A stretch of 63,942 nucleotides of DNA, counting the filler, from Aduncisulcus paluster (Eukaryota): the NCBI GenBank assembly GCA_024181965.1. It is 7 parts of 7 records of this genome, joined end to end, with 100 filler letters (N's around TTAATTAATTAA, not from the genome) between each part and the next. Parts side by side here need not be neighbours in the genome. Positions count along the whole stretch, not along the records: positions 1 to 16,158 come from BQXS01010886.1; 6 more parts are not named here. One strand, written 5' to 3'. Below, piece after piece: positions 1 through 11,163 of this stretch (within the stretch, counting starts at the first letter, position 1; each line of letters begins with the position of its first letter). A model generated the notes under the pieces. The model was not told the DNA's origin. It did no database searches and saw only the letters and a list, made by a program, of their open reading frames with translations. A program made the position numbers and the translations under genes.

Positions 1-235
1 AATTTAAAAAACACATATAAACGATTTCAATGCCGATAAATGATAAAAACATGTTTTATTTTCATTTCCATGTTTATTCTCGATAGCTCAGGCTTTTGGA
101 GAACCCTCAGGACTGGATATAGTTCTATTTTACGTGTTAAGAACATTTATGAACGATTTCAATGTCATTCACTGGAAATAAAAAATAATTTTGATTTGAG
201 ACTCTCAATAAATACTCGGAGTATTTATTTTTTAA

Positions 236-3200
236 TTATTTCAATACACCCTGGTTCTTCAAAATACTTACCGTTTCATCATTCATCATCCATCTTACAG
301 CCTCTAACCTGTCAATATGATCACCATAAGCCCAACATAGGATTGCACACACAAATTCAGCAGAATTGTCCTTCAATATATCACCTCCTTGACCCTCTGC
401 TCTTGCAGCCTCCACACTATCTTCAAACCATCTCTGCCCAATGTCCTTGCATTTCCTACTCATTTTCATGAATGCTTGTTGTGTTTTGTCAATGGTATCA
501 CTACTTCCTGCCCAAGGAACGGTGTAAACATTTGGCTTTTCTCTCTGTCCTTTCTTGCGTCTCAACAGCATAACAGAGGCTGGGAGAGGAGCTGATAAGG
601 ATGAAAAGGAAACAATCACACTCTTCCTCACATTCACAGTCTTGCCCTCGGAACTATCGACCGTTGGAGACCAGGAAGTAACAGAATTAACAGCAGAACG
701 ATGGGACAATGTATGGCAAAGCAGATGGTGGAAGAGAGAAGGCGAAATGGTACATACTTCTTCTTTCTTTTCTCCTCCTTTCTTCTCCTCTTCCTTTTTT
801 TCTTCCTCCTTCTCTTCTTCTTTTTCTTCCTTCTCTTCTTCCTCTTCTTCTTCCGTAGCATCCTTTTCAATTTCTTTCTCCCATTCGTTCAGACAGGCAT
901 ATCCCCACCCACCAAGAAGGAGGGAAACATTGTCCTCGCTGAGTACTTTCGTCCCATCACTAATATGATCTAAAAATAGATCTTTGAGTTCATTCTGGAA
1001 TCCAGCATCCCCAGCAAACCTATAAATAGATTCACAAACCTTCATTTTCTCCTCAGAGATAGCTACCACGAACACTTCGAGCCAGTCATGCTGTTCAAGC
1101 AAAGGCAGTAATAACTGAACAATCTCCACGTCAACATGGCTTGGCATGCATTTGGAGTAAGGATTCTCAATAGTAGAAGCCTTCTTAGTACGGCTGTTCT
1201 CTATCTTCACGCTACTTAACTTCTCCTCAGTAGAAATTGAAGGCAATGAGGTCATCTTCAATACAGTTTCTTCGCATTGTTTCTTCTTGGATAATTTCTC
1301 CTCCGTTTTCATCATTCTGTTGTACAATCCACGAACACTCAGTCCACAGCGTGCAAGGAAAGGATGGTCAGCATCATCGGCACTTCTGAGGCTCACACAA
1401 AGAGCCTTCTCAATAACATAGTTCACACGGGGGATGAGTGCTGTCAGATTGTACATGGATGATGATCCCAGCGCATCAGTAAGTCTTTCACGAGTCAAGT
1501 TCAGGAGTGAAGAGATGATTTTCTCAAGGGATATATCATGTGACTTGCAGAAATAGAAGATTGTATTACTGATAACATTGATGATATCAGCCTCGGCAGA
1601 AGAATTCTTGACAATAAACTGAAGTAACTGATCAATGATCTTATTGGACACAGATTCGTCAACAATGGAGAACAAGTATGAGAAGAGCAGAGGTGCGATC
1701 AGGGTCTTCTCCATTCTGACACCTTCTTCACCTCCCACACGATTGTATGTGATATTCCTCAGAGAGTGGGACAGCAAGGACAAGGGGACTGAGGGTGCGG
1801 ATAAGACAAGACCATCTTTATGGATGTGTTGGGCAAAATCACTGATATCCTTCCCGTGTTTCATACTGCCATCACGAGAGATGCAACAAATGTGGAAAGC
1901 TCCAGATTTCACCATAATAATGCACCATGACTCCTCAACGATTCCAGGAGGAAGCTCAATAACGCACATTCCAAAGACTGAACTCTCAAGTGAACGAAGA
2001 GAGAAAGACAAAGATGAGGATATTCTCCCAACTTCTTCTCTATCCAATGTTTCCTTATCTTTCTCTTTCTCTTTGGTTGGTTCATTTTCTTTCTTCATTT
2101 TCTCCTTCTTCTCTGGATGCTCTTCCTCTCCTACCTTCTCTGCTTTTTCTTCGGTAACAATGTCAGCTTTATCCACGTCTTGTTCGTCGATACTAAGTTT
2201 TGATATCTTTGAGGAAAGATAATCCCGATGTGAGAAAGTAAGCAACAATACATTTCCTTCGAATGAGAGAAGCAGGAGTGGAGGGACATGAACGTGGGGC
2301 GGCAGTTCATGGTGGCTCATCACAGTGCCGCTCGCAGGTAGTTTACAACAGGCAGGGATCTCAACACGTTTCACAGATAAGAGATCACGGTTGGGGTCCC
2401 TAATACGTTCTAAAACAACAATCTCACATGGTTTGTACCGATATTCAAGCGCAATATAGACAAACAGAGCACCTTTTTCACTGAATAGGGACATTCCAAC
2501 GCCAGATCCAATGCCTTTCACACGAATGACACGCTCAGAGTCTTTATCTTTCTGTGACGAGGAGAGGGGTGACTCAAGTAATGGAGTTGAGGATCCACGG
2601 CGGAAGAATAGGGGAACAGGAGACACGTACATGGCGTTGGGATTTGAATTGGGGGATGAGCCATTATCAGCACTTTCCTCAGCTGCCCTGAGTTCTTTAA
2701 GGCTTGCTGCATTGATAACACTCACATACATCTGTTTCAAGCTATTGCTCATGCTCCACACGATGCAGAGTGAGATGGGATCAATGTAAAATGCCGAGTG
2801 GAACACACAGTGAGCTTCTGTGGTATCACTGCACAAAACATACCTCCACATGCCTCTGGTGTCTTTCATAACGAGGTGGGTGTGTGTGTAGATAGCAAGG
2901 CAAGTGTCTGTGCGAGTGTTAGGGAAGGTACTGACTCCTTTACAAACCCTAGCAATGTGAGACACACCAGGAGTTGCAAGGTAGGAGAACCATGATGACA
3001 TTGAAGCAGGGGATGCGGCTGAAGTGGTGGATTTGATACCATAAGGATGGAAAAGCAAAGCCTCATTAGAACGCACGACAGAGGCACTCTTGGAGGTATC
3101 GCAGACACACAATGGGACATGGTGCATGTACCCATCTGTTGAACACACGATTATGCATGGGATAGTTGAATGCATGGGCAAAGCAAGAGAGATCCGACAA

Positions 3201-4267
3201 AGGGTAATGGAAGCAGCAGAAGATGAAATCCTTTTACGAGACTCGGGATGGTCACGTTTAACATTGAATACAACATCCAAAAGTTGGCCAGAGAGAGAAA
3301 ACATCCTCACTTCCTCTTCAGTGGACACACAAACACATGAATTGAGAGCTACGACATCAATGGGCATCTTCGAATTGTCACCTTCATCCTTGGTCTCACA
3401 TACATTGAATTTACATACCATATGATCGGCAATTGGGTCATAGATGTGACAAATGCCGACACTATCAAGGAAACAAACATAACTGCTGCCGATAGACACG
3501 GCAACAACTCCTGAACTCAACTGAACGTGTTCGTCCATGAATTTAACCTTAGGTTCTTTTGTAACACAGATATTAACACCCTTTTTACGCTGCAGAGAAG
3601 TGGTAAAGGAAACAGAAACGATTGATAAATCTTCTTGAATCAAAATAAGCTGGTCATCGAAATAAATTCCAGTTAGTGGATTAGATGTGGTAAAAGCAAG
3701 TTGAGTTGGTGGTTCATTTGTCCAAGGAACGACAGATACCTTGAATTCATTAGCAGACACATTTGCAACAGCAAGAGCTCCAACAGTCAATTGACAATCA
3801 ATAAATGTAGTTCCACTTTCAATGGGAGAAACATCATTAATATTGAAGAAGATGGTTTTGAAGGGTGAAAGCACGGAAGATATGTTTGGAGAAGCAGCGA
3901 CAGCTTGTTTCTTGCCTTTTTCACCAGGATCAACAGGACCCCAGAGTTGGGTTGCTTGAAATGCATCCTGTAAGAGTTCAGATATCTTAGAAGGAGTCAG
4001 AGATAATGAAATGCGAGCTAATTTCCCATCTGAACCAGTTATCATGATAGTGTGATTTTTTTTCTGAATTGTGACACTCATAATGGCACCAATACCTAAT
4101 TGTTCAGCACTTATTTCACATAATTGTATAATTCCAAGAGTAGGAGATACAAGAACGGCCTCAAGGTCAGCTGGAGATCCAAGGATCATTAACTCACCAT
4201 CTGACTTACAAAATGTTGGAATCTTACATCTAATATGATAGGAACTATGAGATCCTACCCGAAACAT
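236..4267 (-). CDS. Large beta-propeller-like plus alpha-helical protein, possibly RIC1-like (Rab6 GEF subunit)
   Basis: Intact 1343-aa ORF with beta-strand-rich N-terminal half, helical C-terminal part and E/K-rich linkers. ALCVSLRSADDADHPFLARCGLSVRGLY weakly recalls the RIC1 motif (CARKTE..W..LF...G.P..LF). The ORF is solid; the family call is tentative. Confidence 0.4.
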   Translation of the reverse strand: MFRVGSHSSYHIRCKIPTFCKSDGELMILGSPADLEAVLVSPTLGIIQLCEISAEQLGIGAIMSVTIQKKNHTIMITGSDGKLARISLSLTPSKISELLQDAFQATQLWGPVDPGEKGKKQAVAASPNISSVLSPFKTIFFNINDVSPIESGTTFIDCQLTVGALAVANVSANEFKVSVVPWTNEPPTQLAFTTSNPLTGIYFDDQLILIQEDLSIVSVSFTTSLQRKKGVNICVTKEPKVKFMDEHVQLSSGVVAVSIGSSYVCFLDSVGICHIYDPIADHMVCKFNVCETKDEGDNSKMPIDVVALNSCVCVSTEEEVRMFSLSGQLLDVVFNVKRDHPESRKRISSSAASITLCRISLALPMHSTIPCIIVCSTDGYMHHVPLCVCDTSKSASVVRSNEALLFHPYGIKSTTSAASPASMSSWFSYLATPGVSHIARVCKGVSTFPNTRTDTCLAIYTHTHLVMKDTRGMWRYVLCSDTTEAHCVFHSAFYIDPISLCIVWSMSNSLKQMYVSVINAASLKELRAAEESADNGSSPNSNPNAMYVSPVPLFFRRGSSTPLLESPLSSSQKDKDSERVIRVKGIGSGVGMSLFSEKGALFVYIALEYRYKPCEIVVLERIRDPNRDLLSVKRVEIPACCKLPASGTVMSHHELPPHVHVPPLLLLSFEGNVLLLTFSHRDYLSSKISKLSIDEQDVDKADIVTEEKAEKVGEEEHPEKKEKMKKENEPTKEKEKDKETLDREEVGRISSSLSFSLRSLESSVFGMCVIELPPGIVEESWCIIMVKSGAFHICCISRDGSMKHGKDISDFAQHIHKDGLVLSAPSVPLSLLSHSLRNITYNRVGGEEGVRMEKTLIAPLLFSYLFSIVDESVSNKIIDQLLQFIVKNSSAEADIINVISNTIFYFCKSHDISLEKIISSLLNLTRERLTDALGSSSMYNLTALIPRVNYVIEKALCVSLRSADDADHPFLARCGLSVRGLYNRMMKTEEKLSKKKQCEETVLKMTSLPSISTEEKLSSVKIENSRTKKASTIENPYSKCMPSHVDVEIVQLLLPLLEQHDWLEVFVVAISEEKMKVCESIYRFAGDAGFQNELKDLFLDHISDGTKVLSEDNVSLLLGGWGYACLNEWEKEIEKDATEEEEEEEKEEKEEEKEEEKKEEEKKGGEKKEEVCTISPSLFHHLLCHTLSHRSAVNSVTSWSPTVDSSEGKTVNVRKSVIVSFSSLSAPLPASVMLLRRKKGQREKPNVYTVPWAGSSDTIDKTQQAFMKMSRKCKDIGQRWFEDSVEAARAEGQGGDILKDNSAEFVCAILCWAYGDHIDRLEAVRWMMNDETVSILKNQGVLK

Positions 4268-4570
4268 ATTTTATATTGTTTGGATGTGAGTCAATCTCAA
4301 TTTGAGATTCTCAAAACAATCTTTATTGTGATCACTATGTGAGAATTGTGCATATTTGACATACAAATTAATAATTACTTGGTAAGTTTTCATACAATAA
4401 TTTATTTTTTTCACCATAAATGCTCAAAAGCAATAGATATAAACTTTCAATAATAAATCCTGGTGCTTGGATAATTTAAATCCAAAGAGTGAAAACAATA
4501 CATGAAAGATTTTATTTAATAACTTATCTATATTAAAAGGTAAAAGATTAAACAGACGAGTTAGTTAAAA

Positions 4571-6244
4571 TTAGATCTGGGGACCACCCTTGGCGATAAC
4601 GACGTCAGGGAAAACTCCTTCGTATTGCTTGAAACCCTTCTTGAATAACTCACAAAGCTGAGTAGCCTTAGCATCGTAAGCTTCCTGAGACTTCCAAGAA
4701 TTCCTTGGGATAAGAAGCTCAGAAGGAACATTTTTGACAGCAGTGGGGATCTCGAGACCAAAGAATTTATCGTGAATAGAACCTCCTTCCTTCTTCATGC
4801 TCTCAACAAGACTTCCATCGTGGATGGCGTCAACAATGCTTCTGGTGTGTTTAAGGTGGATACGGTGTCCTTCACCGTAAGCTCCTTGAACGAAACCAGT
4901 GTTGATGAGCCAAACGTTACTTCCATGTTTCTCAACAAGGTCAGCAAGAAGCTTGGCGTAGACAGATGGGTGCCAAATGAGGAAAGGTCCACCGAAGCAT
5001 GGGGAGAAGGTGGCCTTGGGCTCAGTGATACCAACCTCAGTTCCGGCAACCTTGGAGGTGAAACCGAGAGCGAAGTAGTATTGTTGTTGTTGTCTGTTCA
5101 AACGAGAAACGGGGGGGAGAACACCGAAGGCATCGTAGGTAAGGAACACAACGTGCTCAGGGTGGGATCCAGGGGTGGTGCAGCAAGGGATCTTGGCGAG
5201 ACGGTCCATGTGCTCAATAGGGAAAGAGGAACGAGTGTTCAAAGTGATGGAAGTGTCATGCCAGTCGACAGTTCTGGTGTCTTCACCCTTCTTGTCCTTG
5301 ATGAACTTAACGTTCTCAAGAATGGAACCGAAACGGATGGCTTTGTAAATATCGGGCTCCTTCTCGGCATCAAGGTCGATAACCTTAGCGTAGGCACCTC
5401 CCTCGATACAGCAGACACCGGTATCATGCCAGATGTGCTCATCATCTCCGATAAGCTCTCTTCTGGGATCAGCAGAAAGGGTGGTCTTACCAGTACCAGA
5501 AAGACCGAAGAAGATGGTGCACTTCTTGGTAGTGGGGTCTTCGGTACAAGAACAGTGCATGGGGAGGAAGTTGTATTCCTTGGGGAGGTAGTACATAGCG
5601 TAGGTGAGAAGACCCTTCTTCTGTTCACCGGCGTACATGGATCCAAGAACAACCTGCTCCTTGGTGTCAAGGCTGAGGTTAACACTGGCATCGTTACAAA
5701 CACTTTCAACAGATTGGTCGGCAGTCTGGGCACCAGCGTTGTACATGAGGAAATCGGGGACAAAAGCTTCCTTCTCTTCCTCAGTGATTCTCTTCATCAT
5801 GTTCTTCATGAAGATGGCGTGGTAGGCAAGACTGGAGATGATTCTGACCTTTCTCCAGCATTTCTCTTCCCAACCGATGATACCATCAGTAACGTATAAT
5901 CTATCACAAGAAGACAAGAATTCGATAGCAATCTTCTTGTTGGCAGCGAAACCCTCTTCAGAGATAGGCTGGTTGGGGGAAACTGAACCCTTGGTGTCAC
6001 GGAGGTGAGCACCCTCGGGCAACCACCAAACATCATCCTTGCTTCCCTCAGAGTAAACAATACGTTTATCCTTGGGGGATCTACCACAGTATTTACCAGA
6101 GTAAGCAACAAGGGCACCCATGTCACTCACCTTGGCACCCTCATGGAGGATGGCCTGTTCGTAAAGAACGGCAGCGGGAGCGTTGTGGAAGATAGTTTTG
6201 GTTTCGAGGTTCTTAATTCCGTAAGCAGCAAGATCAAGAGGCAT
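4571..6244 (-). CDS. pckA: Phosphoenolpyruvate carboxykinase (ATP)
   Basis: Motifs GRSPKDK, YAGEQKK, MHCS, P-loop FFGLSGTGKTTLSAD, LIGDDEH, EGGAYAK, NTRSSFP and FGVLPPVS. Strong codon bias (C/T-ending codons, AAG). Confidence 0.97.
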   Translation of the reverse strand: MPLDLAAYGIKNLETKTIFHNAPAAVLYEQAILHEGAKVSDMGALVAYSGKYCGRSPKDKRIVYSEGSKDDVWWLPEGAHLRDTKGSVSPNQPISEEGFAANKKIAIEFLSSCDRLYVTDGIIGWEEKCWRKVRIISSLAYHAIFMKNMMKRITEEEKEAFVPDFLMYNAGAQTADQSVESVCNDASVNLSLDTKEQVVLGSMYAGEQKKGLLTYAMYYLPKEYNFLPMHCSCTEDPTTKKCTIFFGLSGTGKTTLSADPRRELIGDDEHIWHDTGVCCIEGGAYAKVIDLDAEKEPDIYKAIRFGSILENVKFIKDKKGEDTRTVDWHDTSITLNTRSSFPIEHMDRLAKIPCCTTPGSHPEHVVFLTYDAFGVLPPVSRLNRQQQQYYFALGFTSKVAGTEVGITEPKATFSPCFGGPFLIWHPSVYAKLLADLVEKHGSNVWLINTGFVQGAYGEGHRIHLKHTRSIVDAIHDGSLVESMKKEGGSIHDKFFGLEIPTAVKNVPSELLIPRNSWKSQEAYDAKATQLCELFKKGFKQYEGVFPDVVIAKGGPQI

Positions 6245-7351
6245 TTGACGCAGTCAGTGTGACAAAAATGTAAAAGAACAGTGATGACAATATGTGTTGA
6301 TGACCATCCTTAATGCACATTGCTAATGCACATAGCCTTAAATAAGACGATCTATGAAATAAAAAAAAACAAATGTCCGAAGAACTATTGAATTATTCTG
6401 ATAATCAATTATACAATAAAAAAAATTCCAAGAATTGGAGAGGAAGGTGAAGATAATCATTGGAACAAAATCATACCTACTATCTGATTTTTAATAAAAA
6501 ATAAAGGGAAAAGGGAATGACATTGAAAACTTTTTATCAATTTACGAAATTGTATGACGAGACGGGCTTATAATCACAAATTATTAATGGTTGAGAATAT
6601 ACAGAATCCTGAGAAGACAATCACAAAAAATAAAATGATTTTCAGAAAAAAAAAATCATAATGAGCCCAAAATATTTTGCAAATTTCATTTGCATTAGCT
6701 GATATCTCAAGTCCTGAGAAATTAAATTCAACATGGATAAAAAAAGAAACAACGATATTGATTATGGATTAAATTCAATTGCGTATAAGAGAAATCAGTA
6801 AATAAATCAGATATTGCTCACGTTTATAACGGTTTTGTCAAAAAGTGGAGTTATGAAGGAAAATATAAAATGGTTAATTAAATTAACTTCATTGTAAGCT
6901 CATTCTAAATTATTATTATTTAATGAAAAAAAAAAACAATGAATTGATGGTGATATAAGACAAGGGAATCTGATAGCTACAATAGAAAAAATAAAATAAA
7001 GAGGAGGGATAAGAAATAATATATATCACCAATAGAATAAAATGACGATATGGGATATTCGAAATTAGCCAAACCCAAGACAAGGTCACGTCAAAATTTT
7101 TCTTGCGTCAAGCCTTGTCAAGAACAATAATTATCATCTCCGAGAAAGGCTAATCGTCACATATTCGAAACCTCAAAATTCAATAATTAATTTTTTTTTT
7201 GCTGCACAAGACTCATAATTCTATAAAGAAATCTGAATAGCCTTCTACACTATTAATTTGCATAGATCTCCAAAACTAGAATAAAATTATTCAAATAACA
7301 CAAATCATTGAAATAAACTTCAAAATAGAAAAGGATATCAAATTATTTATT

Positions 7352-8294
7352 CTATTCTAAGAAAGGTTCCTCTTCTCCGTAATGTTCAACATAACAATCT
7401 TTGGTAGGATAGCGTTGCCAACCATCTTCTGTCATAAGATAAACATTAATGAAACCTCCACTCATTGCGTCTCTATGAGTAGCATGATAAATAGCTCTCC
7501 TTCCAAGAGTAACAGCCTCTTCCACAGAGAGATCATATCTATATTCTTGATCGAGGATTGCATAGGCATACGTTGATCCACTTCCCACAGAGAATCTATC
7601 GTTATGGTATCTGACTCCATCGTTGTCGACATAGTACAAATGAGGACCACTGGCATCGAATCCGGCAACCATAGTACCCACACTAAGGCCCATTCCTTTG
7701 TAGTAATAAAGCATATTGGCAAGCATACGACTTGCGGCAGCAACTGTCACTTCTTCCTTGCTTTCAAGCTCCCTCAACCGAACACGACGAGCTAAACGAC
7801 GCTCCCAGTAGTCACAATCAGCTGCACCACCAGCCATTGTACCCAATAACCGTGGAGTGATCTCAATAACTTTTTTGACGGTTTGGGAAGAAATATATTG
7901 ACCCATGGTTGACCGAGAATCAACAGCTATTAACACACCATGCTGAAACACAAATCCAAGGGTTGTAGTACCATGAAGACGATGTAAACGGCCAGGAGCT
8001 GGTTGAACAAGGCCATCAACTGGGGGGGTATCTTTAGAAGTTTCTGTATATGCTATTTCTTCATCAAATTTGACAGGCTAAGATAATTTGCCAGAGAAAA
8101 GCAAAATATCCGATAATTTAAAAGAAAATGCGTTGTGAATGAAAAGAATATTAGTAAAGGAAGGAGAATCAGGATATAACCCCCAAGACACGAATCAATT
8201 GAACAATCAATTGATAAAATGGATAAAGGGGAGTAGAAACTCAATAATATAAACATACGTGTTCTTTCCCAGGAAGAACAAAAGATTTAAACAT
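7352..8294 (-). CDS. PSMB5: 20S proteasome subunit beta5; exons 8294-8259 and 8077-7352
   Basis: The spliced product reads [19 protein letters not shown]...[27 protein letters not shown], with the catalytic Thr1 after the propeptide. Also [15 protein letters not shown] and HRDAMSGG. Confidence 0.93.
8078..8258 (-). other. Spliceosomal GT-AG intron (181 nt) in PSMB5
   Basis: GTATGT donor at 8258 and TTAG acceptor at 8078. Removal joins ATG 8294 in frame to the propeptide. Confidence 0.8.
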
Positions 8295-8663
8295 TTGAAT
8301 TGTTTTCAAAAGAGGACTTAACTCTTGACGAAAAAACAAATATTTGTAACGATAGCTGATCAGTTTCTCTCCAGTAAAGGAAGAGTGAGTAACTTAAATT
8401 ATCTTAAAAATTTGGTTTTGGGAAGTTATTCAACTCCGATGTTGAATATCGAACAGAATTTTCGTCATCGGTCCGTCCAATATATCTCACAGAATAAATT
8501 ATGTTAATTAAATATATAATTCCAGTGTTTCTATGAATTCTCGCTGTGGAATAAGGTTTAAGACGTACATCCTTGGAAATACATTAATCGTTATGATATA
8601 CCCTTTTTTTGTCACATTGGCTTCAAATACCAACGTGAATTTAAAATTTATCAAATATCTATT

Positions 8664-10442
8664 ATGAATTCTCACTCACTTCACCCAAAAACAGAGTCAT
8701 ATCATGACGAGTCATATAAAGAACCTTGGGGTAATGAAAAGCAAGAAGAAGACGATCAAGAGGAAGAAGATGAATTACGTAGGGACTTTACCTTCACAGA
8801 AGGTGCTCAAGTGCCTCGCTCTTCATCCTTTTCACCATCTCCCTCACATTCCCGAAATGGATCTTTCGTCTTTTCTTCTCCCCCGGTTAGACATTCATAT
8901 TCACTCTCAAGTTCGAGATACCATAGTAGAAAACCATCGTCTTTTTCAGAATCAAAGAGATCTCACCAGAGAGCTCAATCTGTGAGTATTATGCCCAAGA
9001 AAGCTGGAACTCTTGTGTTCCATAAAAAAGGAGAATCAATAGACGAAGTTAAAAAAGAAGAAACCCCCGAACAAAAGCATTCCCGGAGGAAGAGTAGATC
9101 AAAACGGTGGAGCGCTGTTTTTGAAGATGGAAAGATTGTTGAACAGGGAAGTTCAAGGGATTCTGTTCAAAAGGACACGCAAGAGTTACAAATTGGTGCC
9201 AAAACGCTTCCTTCAACGGATAAATCTGTGTCTCCGACTTTTGAGTCTTCCCAAATCCAATCTCCCTTTTCCCGTTCTCAAAATTCTGAAATAACTTCAT
9301 TTACTAGAAAAAGATCATCTTTGTCAGCTTCATCACCTTCGGTCATTGTTGATTCCGAACATCTGCCCTCCAAGGATACCCAGTCTTCCCCTTTCTCTCC
9401 TCAGCCTAAATCTCGGACTTCTTCTTCTTTTTCTGAAGATTCTCGTGAAAAATACACACATTCTGATATCCCCTCTGACGATGACATTGATGAGCAAGAT
9501 GATGACAGCTTCGATGGACAACAGGACGATTCGACAGTGGTTCACCTTAACATCCCAACGTCGACTGATGGTGACGGGAAACAGACAGATTGGGAGGCCA
9601 AACAGCGTCTTGGTTTTACTTCTGGTTCACCAGCCATGTATGAGACATCATACCCGCCCATGTATCCCCTTGACTCTGGGTCTGGCATGATGAATCCTCC
9701 GCATACTATGTATTCCCAGTTCCAGGCATACTCTCCGCCTCAAGTCATGGTGAAACCATCTGGAATCCCTGTATCGAATGGTTCGGAGCGGGATAAGAGT
9801 GCAAGTCCAGTTCAGTATAGTCAACAGTCTCAAGAATTCATGGATATTGTTGCACAGGAATGTAGGGCTCCAATTGGATATTCAGACCCACAAATCCCAA
9901 GTCCTACTGGTGTAGTCGGTACTGCCAGTCTCGATACTGATTCTGTTGCCACAAAGCCTATTATTCCTGTATCGTCACCTTATGTCGTCGTTGACCCTTC
10001 CTCTTATGTTGCGATATCCACCTCGGCCAGTGTCATCGAGACAGATGTGGACAGGGTTACCCTCCCCGTGTTTGATGGTGACTCTAGCCACGCTGCTGAT
10101 GATATTTCCTCAAGGGATGACACTGAGCACGAACAAAGGCAGCAATATGAGGACTATGCCGTTGCTGAGGATGGTGAAAGGCTTGTCATTCCCACTTCTG
10201 TCGTTGTTGATGGCTCTGTCTCGTCAATTGGATCCACTGCGCCCATATCGCATTCTCTGATCTCATGTCCGTTACCAACAGGATGCTGGATGTTCTTGCT
10301 TCCTTTTAAACACTTTTCTGTTGCACTATCCCATTGTGATGAGTCAATGAAGGAGGCTGTGCTTTCGAGTGAGATCTATAAAGTTTTTTTAATTATTGGT
10401 CTTTGTTTTTTAATGGCATTTTTTCTTCCAATAATTATGTGA
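8664..10442 (+). CDS. Hypothetical Ser/Pro-rich disordered protein with C-terminal hydrophobic segment (possible tail anchor)
   Basis: 592-aa ORF with ATG after an AT-rich leader. It ends VFLIIGLCFLMAFFLPIIM; the 3' end is uncertain. Confidence 0.65.
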   Translation: MNSHSLHPKTESYHDESYKEPWGNEKQEEDDQEEEDELRRDFTFTEGAQVPRSSSFSPSPSHSRNGSFVFSSPPVRHSYSLSSSRYHSRKPSSFSESKRSHQRAQSVSIMPKKAGTLVFHKKGESIDEVKKEETPEQKHSRRKSRSKRWSAVFEDGKIVEQGSSRDSVQKDTQELQIGAKTLPSTDKSVSPTFESSQIQSPFSRSQNSEITSFTRKRSSLSASSPSVIVDSEHLPSKDTQSSPFSPQPKSRTSSSFSEDSREKYTHSDIPSDDDIDEQDDDSFDGQQDDSTVVHLNIPTSTDGDGKQTDWEAKQRLGFTSGSPAMYETSYPPMYPLDSGSGMMNPPHTMYSQFQAYSPPQVMVKPSGIPVSNGSERDKSASPVQYSQQSQEFMDIVAQECRAPIGYSDPQIPSPTGVVGTASLDTDSVATKPIIPVSSPYVVVDPSSYVAISTSASVIETDVDRVTLPVFDGDSSHAADDISSRDDTEHEQRQQYEDYAVAEDGERLVIPTSVVVDGSVSSIGSTAPISHSLISCPLPTGCWMFLLPFKHFSVALSHCDESMKEAVLSSEIYKVFLIIGLCFLMAFFLPIIM

Positions 10443-10888
10443 TTAAAAGTATTGATCATTTTAATTTTCACTGAAATTATATCATTATCATTTCTTTATT
10501 TCTTCCCTCTCTCTGCTCTTTCCTTCATCTTGTTGTTACAAACCTCAACATGATGTATATCCGTGTTTCTTTCGCAGGTAACTCTCATCTCGTCAGGAAT
10601 ATATAGCCTGGTAAATATTATATTAATATTTGATGTACATGACCAGGAAGTTGGGTAAATTCACCAAACTCATATGACAAAAACCTTACCTCTTTCTCAA
10701 AGGTTGTGGATAAGATTGTGCCACCATGTGTGGTCAAGTCTTCTTATTGAGAGATGAGCTTAATTTGGTATTTATTGGGAGAAATAAAGTAAATATGACC
10801 GACAAACCTTTTTTCAACATTTAGAAAATATCATTTGTTTTCTCCTTCTAAGTTTCACTTCAGAGTCTGAAACAGAACAAAATCATGT

Positions 10889-11163
10889 TGTTGGTTTAAT
10901 AACCTTTATAATGATGGTGGAGCAAATTTACTAGTTTGAGAATAAAAGAATGCGCGAAGAAAGGTAAAATATAGTCTGTAAAGAAACACAAAAACTTTCA
11001 AATATGATCTTCGGTAATAGGATGGTAATAGACATTCTGATATCGAAGTAAATATATTAATTAAAATCGTATTATAGAATATATATTAAATATTCAATAA
11101 TAATACTCCTTAAAGAAAATAATAAAAACGTCTGCTTTTGGCAACAGCCGTGTTATTCTAACA
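10889..11163 (-). mobile_element. Solo LTR (275 bp) with 4-bp TSD ATGT
   Basis: TGTT...AACA ends, flanked by ATGT at 10885-10888 and 11164-11167. Near-identical to 29805-30079 (two differences seen). Strand is taken from the PPT of the other copy. Confidence 0.92.

Noticed and set aside
4772-5899. 375-aa antisense ORF over pckA
   Set aside because: Shadow ORF caused by strong codon bias; no motifs.
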